64,000 nucleotides of DNA from Balanoglossus misakiensis (lineage: Eukaryota; Animalia; Hemichordata): positions 2,250,247-2,314,246 of the forward strand of contig CM082594.2 in assembly GCA_040954595.2 (NCBI GenBank). The letters run 5' to 3'. Positions 35,201-47,200 of the stretch are shown here, in pieces; the stretch's first letter is position 1; each line of letters starts with the position of its first letter. The notes under the pieces were generated by a model that worked only from the letters and a program-made list of their open reading frames with translations, was not told the origin of the DNA and made no database searches. Made by a program: the position numbers and the translations under genes.

Positions 35201-38200
35201 GGTACTTTAATATTCAAGTGACGCATAAACATTTGTTGTTCATGTGTTAGTACATGTAGGTTCACATCTACATGTAGGCCCATGGCCTGGCAAAACTAAT
35301 CTCGATGATTGTGACAAGATTAATAGAATCTCACACTCCTAAGGACCTGGGATCATATTTCTCACACGAGTTGGGGATTTTCAGTCCCACACGAACTGCA
35401 GGCGAGTGTGGGACAGAACATCCCCAACGAGGACCAGGACCAGACACAGTTGTCGAACAAAACATGTCCACACACACCGGGCTGGAACTAGAGTCGACCG
35501 CAAACCAACCCCAATCGACTGGGACCAAAATTGTCCGGACAAGGGTCAGCCAGACCCGTTCACACCTGTGGTTTTGCTCAGCCACGTTCCTGGCTAGGAC
35601 AAGGGCCTAGCCTTTTTTGAGTAATGTGAACGGCCTATGTTTCAGTGATCTATGTACATGTAGCAGGTTCACGCAGGGTATAACTTGAGACACAATTTGC
35701 CCATGGTAAACACAGAACATTAATCCTTTGAGTCACGTTTTTAAGACAGTGTCTGATCTGAGACGCTTCAGAACCGTCTTAATGGTGTGTGTGTGACCCC
35801 CAGATATCATTAGTCCTTGAAGTTGAACATGTAATTACAAAATTTTGTTGCAAATCAGTGTGTCACAAATGTGGGATATTCATGATAGATAGACATCATC
35901 ATTTTTTGCACAGGTTCCTGAAACTATAAATTTGTAAATACGGTTCTAGAATGGAATGAGTTCTTCCCTTGTGATATCATTGTCAAAAGTGAAAGGTTCT
36001 TAGGCGAGTTTTTACTCTCATACCATACAAGTAGGAAGGAAGTTGATTGTGGTCGAACGTTCATTCACTATATATCCATGTAGAATAACATAAGTGGTGT
36101 CTTGTATCAAAATTCAAATGTTATTAATTTAAAAAGGGCAGCAAGAGAGAGACTTTGTCCCTCTAAATGATTACAGCATGTCCATCAACAACTATGTACA
36201 CATCTCTCTCACAGCCTTCAGTTCATTACACAAGTGCTTTACAAATCCGTTGCACACTGACACGCCCTCAACCGTTTAGCGTCATGAGTTTTGCCGACTT
36301 CACTTACAGGCCAAGCTTCACTTGACCATAGAGGGCAGACATTCAGTCCGACAAAATGTCTGTGTCGGCAGTGGAGGGGCTGTGAGAGAGTCTATAGATG
36401 TACATCAACATCTGCCATGATGTCTATGTTTCAAATGCAATAAATTTACAGTCGAGACCAAATTTTTTACAGGTTAATTTACACCGAGATTGCCCGTACT
36501 GGCCGGATGACAGCAAGTGTGCTCTCAAAGATTGCTCTGTCCATGCCTGTACAGCAGTAAGTAGCTCATTACTGTAATTATTAATTGCCAGGCAAGATAC
36601 ATTACTCTGTCAGCTACAAGACTTATACATGTAGTCTCAAGAATGGAATGTCACTTCTACTTTAAACACAAAACACAGTTGACATAGATCCATTACAGAA
36701 TGCATTACAAAAAAACTTCAACAAAAGTGGAAAAACACACACATTTTCCACTATACAACAGTCAGCACAGACCCGAAACAAAACAACATGATACGACAAC
36801 TATAAGAAATTTATTACAAATGCTTTCTAATTTATCTTAACTGTTCATTTTTTGTGTCTTATGCAGGATGAACTGCCAGTTGCGTTTCAAACAGAAAATA
36901 AAGTAAGTTGGACTCGTATACTTGGTATTTGTAAAGTTTAATACTAATGCTATACAAGGGACATTTTGTCATATAATCCTTCTTTCGTTAGACTTCTGGT
37001 GACTGGTTGTATAGTATTGCTGGGTCAACATGAAAAATTTATTGCCACAAACTTTTTCCTTAAACTGAACATTACATGTTGAGCTCTGAATGCATTTGAT
37101 ATTTCAGTTAAAGGAGAAATTATCTTTAAGAATTTGACTGTGCATGTAGAACATGCACATGTACATTTGTAATGAAATATTATTTCATTAGTATTCAGAG
37201 CAGTCTCAGCTTGGAGAGGTAGAACGATGTCAAACAGACGAAGAGAAAGAATTGGGTGCTCTGGATACCAGTCTGAGTGATGAAAGTAGAGCAGCATTCA
37301 AAACATGGAAAGTCCATGATGCAAAAAATAATTTTTGTGAAGTGGATGGTGAGTGGTTTTTACTCTTGTGTGAACACCTAGTTTATTCCCGGGGTTTTGT
37401 AGAGGACATCTGAAACTCTTCTTTCTTTCCTTCTCAAAATTCTAGCTAGCCATTGATCGCATATTTTTTATAATATACCTCATGCTAATACTGTGTCATG
37501 ATTTGCCAGAATCTGTCACATGACAGGAAAAAAGAATCGACTATGACTCCCTAGAGAAATAGTAGAAAAAAATACAAACCGGTCACGTGACCAACGTGCA
37601 TGAGGTTAATTATAAAAAACACTATGGCCTGGCCTATATTCGGGCCATACATGTAGCAGCCATTTTTACCCCCTCATGACTGTGAGTTACCAGAATCATA
37701 TGCTATTTCCCTCAGCCTACAGCCTCGGGAAATAGCATGTGATACTGGTAACTCACAGCCCCTCGGGTGTAAAATGGCTGGTATGCCCCTCATGGCCAGG
37801 CAATAGGTGTTCAATGTAAGAGAGTGATACTTCAATAATAACACATGTTAGCGAGGGCAATATCATGATCTTTGGCCTGCACGACGGATGGTGATGTCTG
37901 ACCATTATATTGATGATGCCCGAGCCGCAAGCGAGGGTATTATCAATATTGTGGTCAGAGATCACCAGCACGAGGGCAGGCCAAAGATCATGATATTGCC
38001 CGAGCATGACATGTGTTATTAATTTTATTATACCGAACATTTGACCATACATACAGCATAGAGGGTTGTGTCCATGTCGTACATTGCAGGTTGCAGCGAA
38101 CTAAAATATCTCACCGTACCTACTTCGAACTCAGATAATCTTGAGGAAACGGCGCTGTTGGTTGCAACTTTGGTGTATTTACTGTCCGTTTGCGGTAAAA

Positions 38201-41200
38201 TATCGTCCAGTTGAACAGGTGTTAATCCTGTGTGTCACTTTGAAGCCATATATGCGGGAGTTGACTGATCGTGAAGGAAGCCATTGAACGACAGTTTGTT
38301 ATGCGCAGAAAAGATGCGCAGAACCTAAAACCTGTTCTCAGCCTGCAATATACTCTCAGCGCGCGCGTATCCCCGGCCCGTAGCCCCTACCTACGGGCCA
38401 TAGACTCTGTCAACCATGTAATATCAGGTTTTTTTCTATGTCACGTGCTACGGGTTCAGCCAATCAATAGTACGGAATACAGAGTGAGGTGTAATAAATG
38501 TATATCTCACATCCTGGCATCATTTAGTGACTCTATTCTGTTAATTTGTTTGTTTTAGATGAATCTTCAATTGGTATGGAGTTTGTAGATTTATTATTGA
38601 ATCCGGAACGTTACACTGGGTATAAAGGCTTTTCACCAAGGAGAATCTGGAATACTATCTACCAAGAAAACTGCTTCAAGTAAGGCAATTCAGTCACATA
38701 ACATTTACAGGGACAAAGTCTCTCTCTCGCTGCCCTTTTTTGCATTAATTATGTTTAATTCAAGACACCGTTTATGTCATTCTACATGTGGATATATAGT
38801 GAAATAAAATTCGACCACACACAACTTCCATCATTCTTGTGGGATATCAGAGTAATATCTCGCCAAAATGAAAAAATGGTAAACACCGATTATTAATTTT
38901 GGCGAGTTTTTCACACTTGTGTCTACAAGAGGGATGGAAGTTGTGTGTGGTTGAACGTTGATTCACTATATATCCACATGTAGAATAACATAAACAGTGT
39001 CTTGTATCAAATATAATCAATGGAAAAAAGGGCAGCCAGAGAGAGACTTTGTCCCTTTAATAGAAATAATGTCAACATTGAATAAGCTTGCAATTTAGGC
39101 TTTGGTATTTAGGCCCCATTGACAGAGTCTGGGGTGTTGAAAATTGAGCAATGTACATGCATTTGTTGAGCCATTGCTCAGACATGACTGGATCAGCACT
39201 TAAATGTAAGTTTGCACAGGGGCAATGTCCATTATACTTTATGTTAATTAATTAATATGAAATTTTGGAACTTTTGTTGTTGTTAACTGAATGGGTGTCA
39301 TGCAACTTATTGGAAAAACTGTATTTAATTTCAGACCTGACCCAGAAACCAAATCATATGAAGCTCTCTTGACGTCAAAGACTGTTCAAGGTTGGTTTGA
39401 CTGTAAATTAATTCACTCAAAACATGGCTGCAAAAAGCAAGGCACATGACATTTGCAAATTCTTTGCCACTGATTATCTTGAATTGAATCAACTGGTGAC
39501 ATTAATTTTGCCAACACAGCAAAGACTTCAGAAGTTCAAATGTATGTGTGTATTATTTGCTTATGTTAGCTACATCAGTTATGATCAATTCAGGAAATGA
39601 ATTAGGGGTGTCATAGAATGGTCTAATCATTTAAAAGGAAATAGTCTCTTGTTATTCTCAAATCTCTTGAGCGAGAATTTTTTTCCAGGTAGAATTTTGT
39701 TAGCTAACAATTCTCATTTATGAGAATATGATGATTATTTCCTATCAAACATTTCACCTGAAAAAGATTATATCTGCAACCAAATACCCACGCTTGCCAT
39801 TTATAACCTCTAAATAGAATTGAATGACACATGCAGCCATCCTCAAAGAAATGTTCTCCTTACTAACTTAAAACCTTGTGCTTCCTTCACTTTTCAGGCA
39901 TGTGTTTAGAAAAAAGGGCATTTTATCGGATGATATCAGGACTACACTCCAGTATAAATATTCATCTGTCAGCCAATTATCTACTACCAGGTATTAATCC
40001 CTTTTCAGTTTTATTTAATAGCATCATCTAAATCCTGTCTGTATTAAAAGAGGTCAGATGGGTTGATTGTTGACAAGCTCTGTATTCATCTTTTCATCAA
40101 AAGTTGACTTCTAAAAAAATGTTGGTCACTCAGCTTTGATAATTGGTATGCAGGTCCCCGAGGTTGACTGAGTGAGATTTGATCAAATTGTGTGTCTGTG
40201 ATTTTTTTTTTTTTTTTTTTTTTTTTTTGGGGGGGGGGGAACAATCTTCTCAGAATCAGCTTGCTCATGAAAGACCTGTCAAAGAATACACCACCTCACT
40301 CATGAAGATAACATTCCTTTTGCACAGATCACATACAGAGTTCATGAAGTTCTGTCATACTGTAAAACCTTATTTTCGCGAGTTGAAATTTTCGCAATAT
40401 CGAAAGAGGCCACTGTTCCGCGAGTATTAATTTTCGAGTTCTCTTACATGTATTTCATTCACGCGACTTTTTATTTTCACGCTATTTTGGCTCTCGTGTA
40501 TTTTGCGAAAAATTTATCGCTCGCGAAAATAAAGTTTTTTACAGTAGTATCACAGTAGAGTTGTATGGGCTGTTGTATGGATTACAGTATTCGACAAAAC
40601 AAAACGTCTGCCTATATATAAACGAAAATGGCTGCACGTATGTTGGGGTCCTAATATTGTCTTTGTCATGAAATATATGACTTTCAAAGATGTTTGTTTT
40701 TTACCTGCAGATGCATGGGGTGGAACCAAATGGGGTGTTAATGTAGGAGAGTTTCAGAAACGATTTGATCCTGAGACTACAAATGGAGAAGGACCACAAT
40801 GGCTGAAGAATCTCTATTTTGCCTACCTAGTTGAACTACGTGCTATAAACAAAGCAGCACCATACTTGCAAAATGAAGATTTTTATACAGGTATGTGAAA
40901 AGAAGTCAACTTTGGCAAAAGGGACTCATATACTATTATATTCTGATCATTTAGAAGAATGCCAATGTAAGGATTTGTGCTGTTTGGTATGCTGTTACGT
41001 AAATAGTTGCGTCGTTTGTTCTAATGTTGCAAAATATGGGTGCCAGATTATGTGTATATGGTGTTTATAGTTACCTCAGTACAAATATATGATATGTTTC
41101 AATTTATCAAAACTGCATTGTCATGGTAACAAGGCAATGCTGACACCCATAGACCACTTCACGGATAGGATATCTGCAATGCATGATGGTATAATTTGCG

Positions 41201-44200
41201 TTCAACATAGCGTCTAGTGCATGGCCAATGCATGCGCTCAGAACGCAAACTGTCCCACAACCCCCTGCATTATTCTATCCGCGAAGTGGTCCATACCCCC
41301 CACTGGATCATGGCTACAGAGAAAATTGGTGTGACAAAGTGCCTAAGGGGGATAGCGGTTTGTGCTGGCCCATACACTATACATGTACCATGTCAAATAG
41401 TGTAGTTCATCTTATACAGACAATAAAGAGACCAATGACCAACTGAGTGCATTTCAACTAAACCTTAACATGTATTTTTACCTTTCAAGGCAATATAAAT
41501 GAAGACCGTGAAGTGAAACAACTAGTACAGAATTTGTTGTTGACCATTGGTGAATTTCCTTCTCATTTTAATGAAAGTGAAATGTTCCAAGGAAATTCAA
41601 ACCAGGCACTTCAACTTAAGGTTAGTATTCAATAAGAGAAAGTTGGCTTCAGAACGGAATCAACTTCTAGACTTCTAGTGGTCAATGATATGAGTGACAA
41701 ACTTATTACATTTTTTATTGTCATTTCATTTATTAGTCCCAGTATTAAACTTGAGTGCATGATATTTCCAAAATTTTGAGATTTTTCAACTTCTAATCTT
41801 AACAGTTATTTTTCACTGATGTACTACGAGAACAAGCACGTAATCATGCGATTGTGTGTACATGAAACGGGAACTAAAACAGCTCAATCTCACAGTAACA
41901 CTGTTTCACCGCTTTTAACCTCTGCCCACTTATGATAAAGGTACAAATAAAATAAGCCACATACAATTTTCAATGAACATAATGCACAGGAAGTGACGAC
42001 TTGCCATTGGGTGGGAAGTGAAAATTTGGAAGTCCTTTTACTCCCATATCCGTTTCTGGGTAAATATCCGGTGGTAAACATTTTTACTTCCCAATACAAC
42101 AATCGCAGCTGAATCCAAAGCATTGAATTCACAGTAGTCTGGCTGTTGTTGTTTTTTTCTGTCTGTCTGTCTCTGTCTCCAAGTTGGCAACTTTTGATTG
42201 GCCACAACCATTACATGCAGAGGGGTGGTTCTGTACATGACCTTCTCCATTGATCACAGGGTTTTCCATGACCAGTGCGTTTGATGCAAACCATTTTACA
42301 GTGAGACCTTCTTTGGGCAAGTGAGGGGTGAAAACTCTGATTTTGGGGTATTTAAATTGAAGTCACAACAACAAATATTGTCGTTTTCTCCATCATATCA
42401 GCATTTTTATTAACAGTTTGACATTAACTCCAAAGTATTGAAAGTTGCTGAGCAAAGAACACAAATCATTGGCAAAATGTCATGTTAGGTTTTCCTGGTT
42501 ATTACCGTAAATCTTAGCATAAAAAATCACGATAAAATACAACAAATATGGACAGATACTGTAATAGACTGACAACATCATAGATAGGTACCATTGCATA
42601 CCCTTCCTTATATATGCTTTTCCAGTATAGAGTGTGAATGAGTGGCATAGAAAAAAGTGACTAACTAGACATACCGAATAAGTAACGATATTTATCAGCA
42701 ACATATGTCAAATAATCAATGTTTGAAATTGTGGTTGTGCTTATCTAAAAATTTGACCTAATACCTGTGTATATTTGACGTTATAGTACTAAGACTGTTC
42801 ACTATGCTATACAGAATGTTCACGGAGACAAAGTATGAAATTTGTCTGGTCATAGTCATTCCATACAGAAGTAACTGTTATCTAGGCCACTGCTTTCATA
42901 TCATGTTTAGGGCATTATATTTCCATGTTTAGTTCCCTTTACAGTCTCGTTTTAGCTCCATTATGAAAATTATTTCAGCATGCAAAAATTTAAACATCAG
43001 CCACTCTATTGACTCTGTTCCCTGAGCGGAGACCCATTTTCAGTTTCTTCCAAAACAGTCGTCTCCCTTCCTCATTCTCCACCCAAGTGATGTAATTCTT
43101 TGTCAGTAGAATCTTACGCAAGACGCGTGGCATGACGGCATCTGGGATTTCTTCCAACAGCATGAGAAAGAGGACATCTCTCTTGTCATCAAACAGACAG
43201 TTCTGCGCCATTCTCATCTCAAAATAGCACCACTCACTCTCGGCGAAGTGTGGCGACAGCACCAACATGGTCTTGTGACTGTTCTCGATGCTGTCCAGAA
43301 TGTTCTCGAAAATATCAGCGCCCGGAATGAAATCCCGTTCATGGAGACAGAGTTTCAAATTTGGCGGACCGGCGTTTTCCAAATTGGGCACTAGCTGTTG
43401 CCACACCCAGTCGCTGTCGTGTTCATTGTAACAAACAAATGCATCGTATTTCTTATTCAGTGGTTGATCGTCATCATCGTCGTTGATTTGCAGCTGGTAG
43501 CCGCCACATCTCAGCCTGCCGAGGAAAATCACATAACGTACATGCCATCGTAAACGGATTCCAAGTACAATGCACACAATGACAAACACAGCAACGCAAG
43601 TAATTGGTACTGAAATCTTGAATATCTGATTGCATTCCAAACCCAAATTTAAACTATATACTGGCACATTGTATGGAAATTCACATCTGGGTACTTTCAA
43701 TATTACAACTTCATCCCATTTGGCCCAATCAAGGAATTCTTTCATTTTACACTCTGTACAATCAAGGCCAGTTGAAAATATAATTACTTCTTTCAAATTT
43801 TGCTGACTTTCCAGTAACTCTGTACTTAAAGCTGTGAGTTGGTGATGAAAACCTAAACTAAAGTTGATATACTCTAATTTCTTGGTTGTTGGTAGATCTT
43901 TCAAACTTGTTATACCATCAATATACTCGAGATAAAGGTTTTTCACATTAGGAAACAATGAAAAGAACAAACTTGCATCAAAAGTCATTCCAAAGCGAAC
44001 GTTAGATAGCACTAATGTTTCTATGGTCAGAAACCGGTTTTGTATTTCATGATTCTTGCGTCTGCCTAGCCAACTCGTGATGAACATATTTTCAATTCGT
44101 AGCTTACTGACTCTTAATGAACCTAACTTTTTGGACATGTCTGCAATGTCCACCGTGCCCACTTTGTAATGTTCGTACAGGGCATTGTCAAAGTCTAAGC

Positions 44201-47200
44201 TCTCTAGTCCGGGGATGTCCTCCAGATGCAAAGACACAGCAAACCAATTTGACAAGAATAACTCTCGCAGGTTTGTGCAATGTTTGAAAGGATGCCAACT
44301 GAACGTGTCGTAGTGCACGAGAGGGTTACCCGTCAGTGACAGGGATCGGAGCGAGACCAGGGGGAAAAATACTTGTTCGGCCGACAGAAGAATGTCATTG
44401 TGGGACAAATCTAGTCTTTCCAAATTCACCGAGAAGCGGAAACTATCATTGTGAACTGAGGTGAAACTGTTGTGGGACAGATCGAGGTCCACCAGGGATG
44501 GCAGTCTGTCGGAAATATTCGGTGGCATTTGACCGGCCAGGTGGTTGTAGCTGAAGTTTAGGTGCCTCAGAGTCGGGAGCCTACCGAGGCTATGAAGCAC
44601 CTGCGTGCTGTTGGACAGACGATTCCTAGTGAAGTCAATCAGCTGGATGTTGTCCAGGCCACGGAAAGCCGAGTGGAGAGTGTTCAGCTCGTTGTCGCTG
44701 AGTCCCAGCACCTTCAGATTATGCAGACCCAGAAATGCATCCACTGCAACATGCTGCAGTTTGTTATACCCCATGTCCAGTTCTTCCAAGTCGTGCAACT
44801 GCTGAAATACGCCAGTCGGCAGCGATGATATCTCATTGGAACCCAGTTCAAGTGCAACTAAATTCCTTTCCTTCAGACTTTTGGTGACTGAGGACCCTTC
44901 TCCTTGAAAATGGCGCAGAAATCTCTCCAAAGAATCTAGGTTCATCTGGTTCCCACTGAGGTTAATACGTGAAACATTTTTCAGAACGTTGAACGCACTA
45001 TAGTTCGATGCTACAAGTCTATTAAATGCCATGTTAATCTTATAGGGAGCATTGACACCAAAGCTCATGTTCTGAATGATTGTGTCGGTAAGCTGGCAGT
45101 GTCGAAATGAAAGCAGCTTCAGATGTTGCAGACGTTTGAGGTTGATTTCACTGCAATCGGCTCCAATAGTGTTTTGATCAAAGTAGATCTCTTCTATGTT
45201 GCTCAGATCTCGTACAGCACTGCTTGGAAAACATGGCAGTGGATTGTCACTCAGTCCAATCGACTTTAGGTTTGTGAGCTCTTGAAAGACCCCGTCGGAA
45301 AGGTCTTCTATTGTGTTGTACGTCAGGTCGAGTTTCTGTAAACTGACCAATCCTTGAAATGCCAGTGCTGAGAGACTCGCAAGTGAATTGCTCCGAATGT
45401 CGAGCTGTTTTAACTTTCCAAGGGTTGAGAATACTCCTTCGGGAAGGGTGGTGAGTTGGTTGGATGATAAGTGGAGCATTTCTAGTTTCGACAAATCAAG
45501 AAACGCCTCTGGAGCTACCGTGGCTATCCCGTTGCCTTGCAAGTCTAACTGTTGAAGCCGATACAGTCCACGCAACGATTTAGAACCGATGCTCTTGATG
45601 TCATTAAATGCAATGCTGAGACTCTCAAGTTGTCGTAGACTCTTAAAACCGTATGACGGCAACGATTGTAATTTGTTGTTTGCCAGATCCAAGTCAGTGG
45701 CACGGGTTGGCAAATCCCCTGGAAGGTTGACAAGATCTCTGTCAGTGCAGTCAACGCATGTGGCTTTATACACTTTACACAGCGTCCCTGCTCGGGACTC
45801 GGAGAGGTTCACAATCAAAAGAATGATTGCGAACCGACGGAGAAGTGGCGACATCGCTACCAGTTCAGGTACTGAATTGGTCGAGTTCAAAATGTATGAA
45901 GATTGTACAACCAGGATGCTGTCAACTAACGAATGATGCTGACACTGCAGGCATCCACTGACCCTCAACTTAACAGACTGTCAGTCCAAACCCATCGTGC
46001 TCTGTCTGGTGAAATCAGAGTTTGGAAAGAGAAGTTATCTGTACTTCCTGATTATTATCTGACCATATTGGTATGATGTCATCTTTAAATACTGCAGGTT
46101 ATATTTGAATGGGGCATGTCATTTCAAGTTGCACTTCCATTGTCTGGGATCATGTGAAATGAAACCAGCTATTAAAGTGGGCTATGTACCATACGATCAA
46201 TAGTTTTCATCTAGACACTGCGATCAGGCAATTTCCCCTCCGCCGGACAGGTTGGCACCGCCTAGCAACATGTCAAAGGTGACCTGAGCACCGCATGAAA
46301 TGATGCATAGGTCAGTCACACTAACATTCACAAGAAAACACCAGCTCTTACACATGAGTGGAACCTCACCCTCCCCAAATATTCTAGAAAGGGGTGGGGT
46401 GGGGGGGGGGGGCAATCCTCCTTGTAGAAGCTAGTCAGGATGAAATACTGGAAATCTCAGGGAGGAATAGAGACGTACAAGTAGCAGATAAGAGTCCTGG
46501 TCATTATAAGTCAACGCATCACTTTTTAAAAAAATTATCGCTTTGTCTATTTTCTCCTACTTTTTAGCACTTTTGATGCTCAGATACTGTTCAGTATATG
46601 GTGATATGTATTTGAAACAGGAATTGAAACAGAACGATCTCATCTGCACACTGTTTCATTACGTTCAACCACTACCCACTTACCATAATAAAGGTATTTC
46701 AGCATTTGGTATTTCAGAAATGTCAATGTGCAATATTTCAATGAAAAAGCTTAGTGGATGAAGATTGATGATAACGTCGCATCCTGATGATGTCACTGGT
46801 CATGAATATTCATAGCCTCATTTCTAATATTGTCGTTTCCCAGGCATAATAATATATGAGAGATCGATTCTATATTTTAGTTAGGAACATGAAGCAGAAA
46901 TAAAGCTTTGAATTCACTAGTAAGAATATTATTAAGTACAGATTTTTCCATTTATTTTTCAAATTTAGCATGAATTTACACAGTGCTTTATATACTTAGA
47001 TACTGTCATTTCAAAACTTTGAATCACTGATGGACTGTTGTCAGAATGCAACAGATTCAGTATTGCCTGACAACATAAGCCACCGTTTGCCCACTTGGAC
47101 TGTGGCCAATATTTTTTTAACGCTAATGCCAAAGTTTGAAAACCATCATTATGGGTACAGATTTGGAACTTGACTCAGGAAAACTGCAGAGATTCCTGGC

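Noticed and set aside
45855-45968. N-terminal 38-codon extension of the TLR ORF
   Set aside because: It starts at a non-ATG codon; the signal peptide begins at the ATG at 45854.
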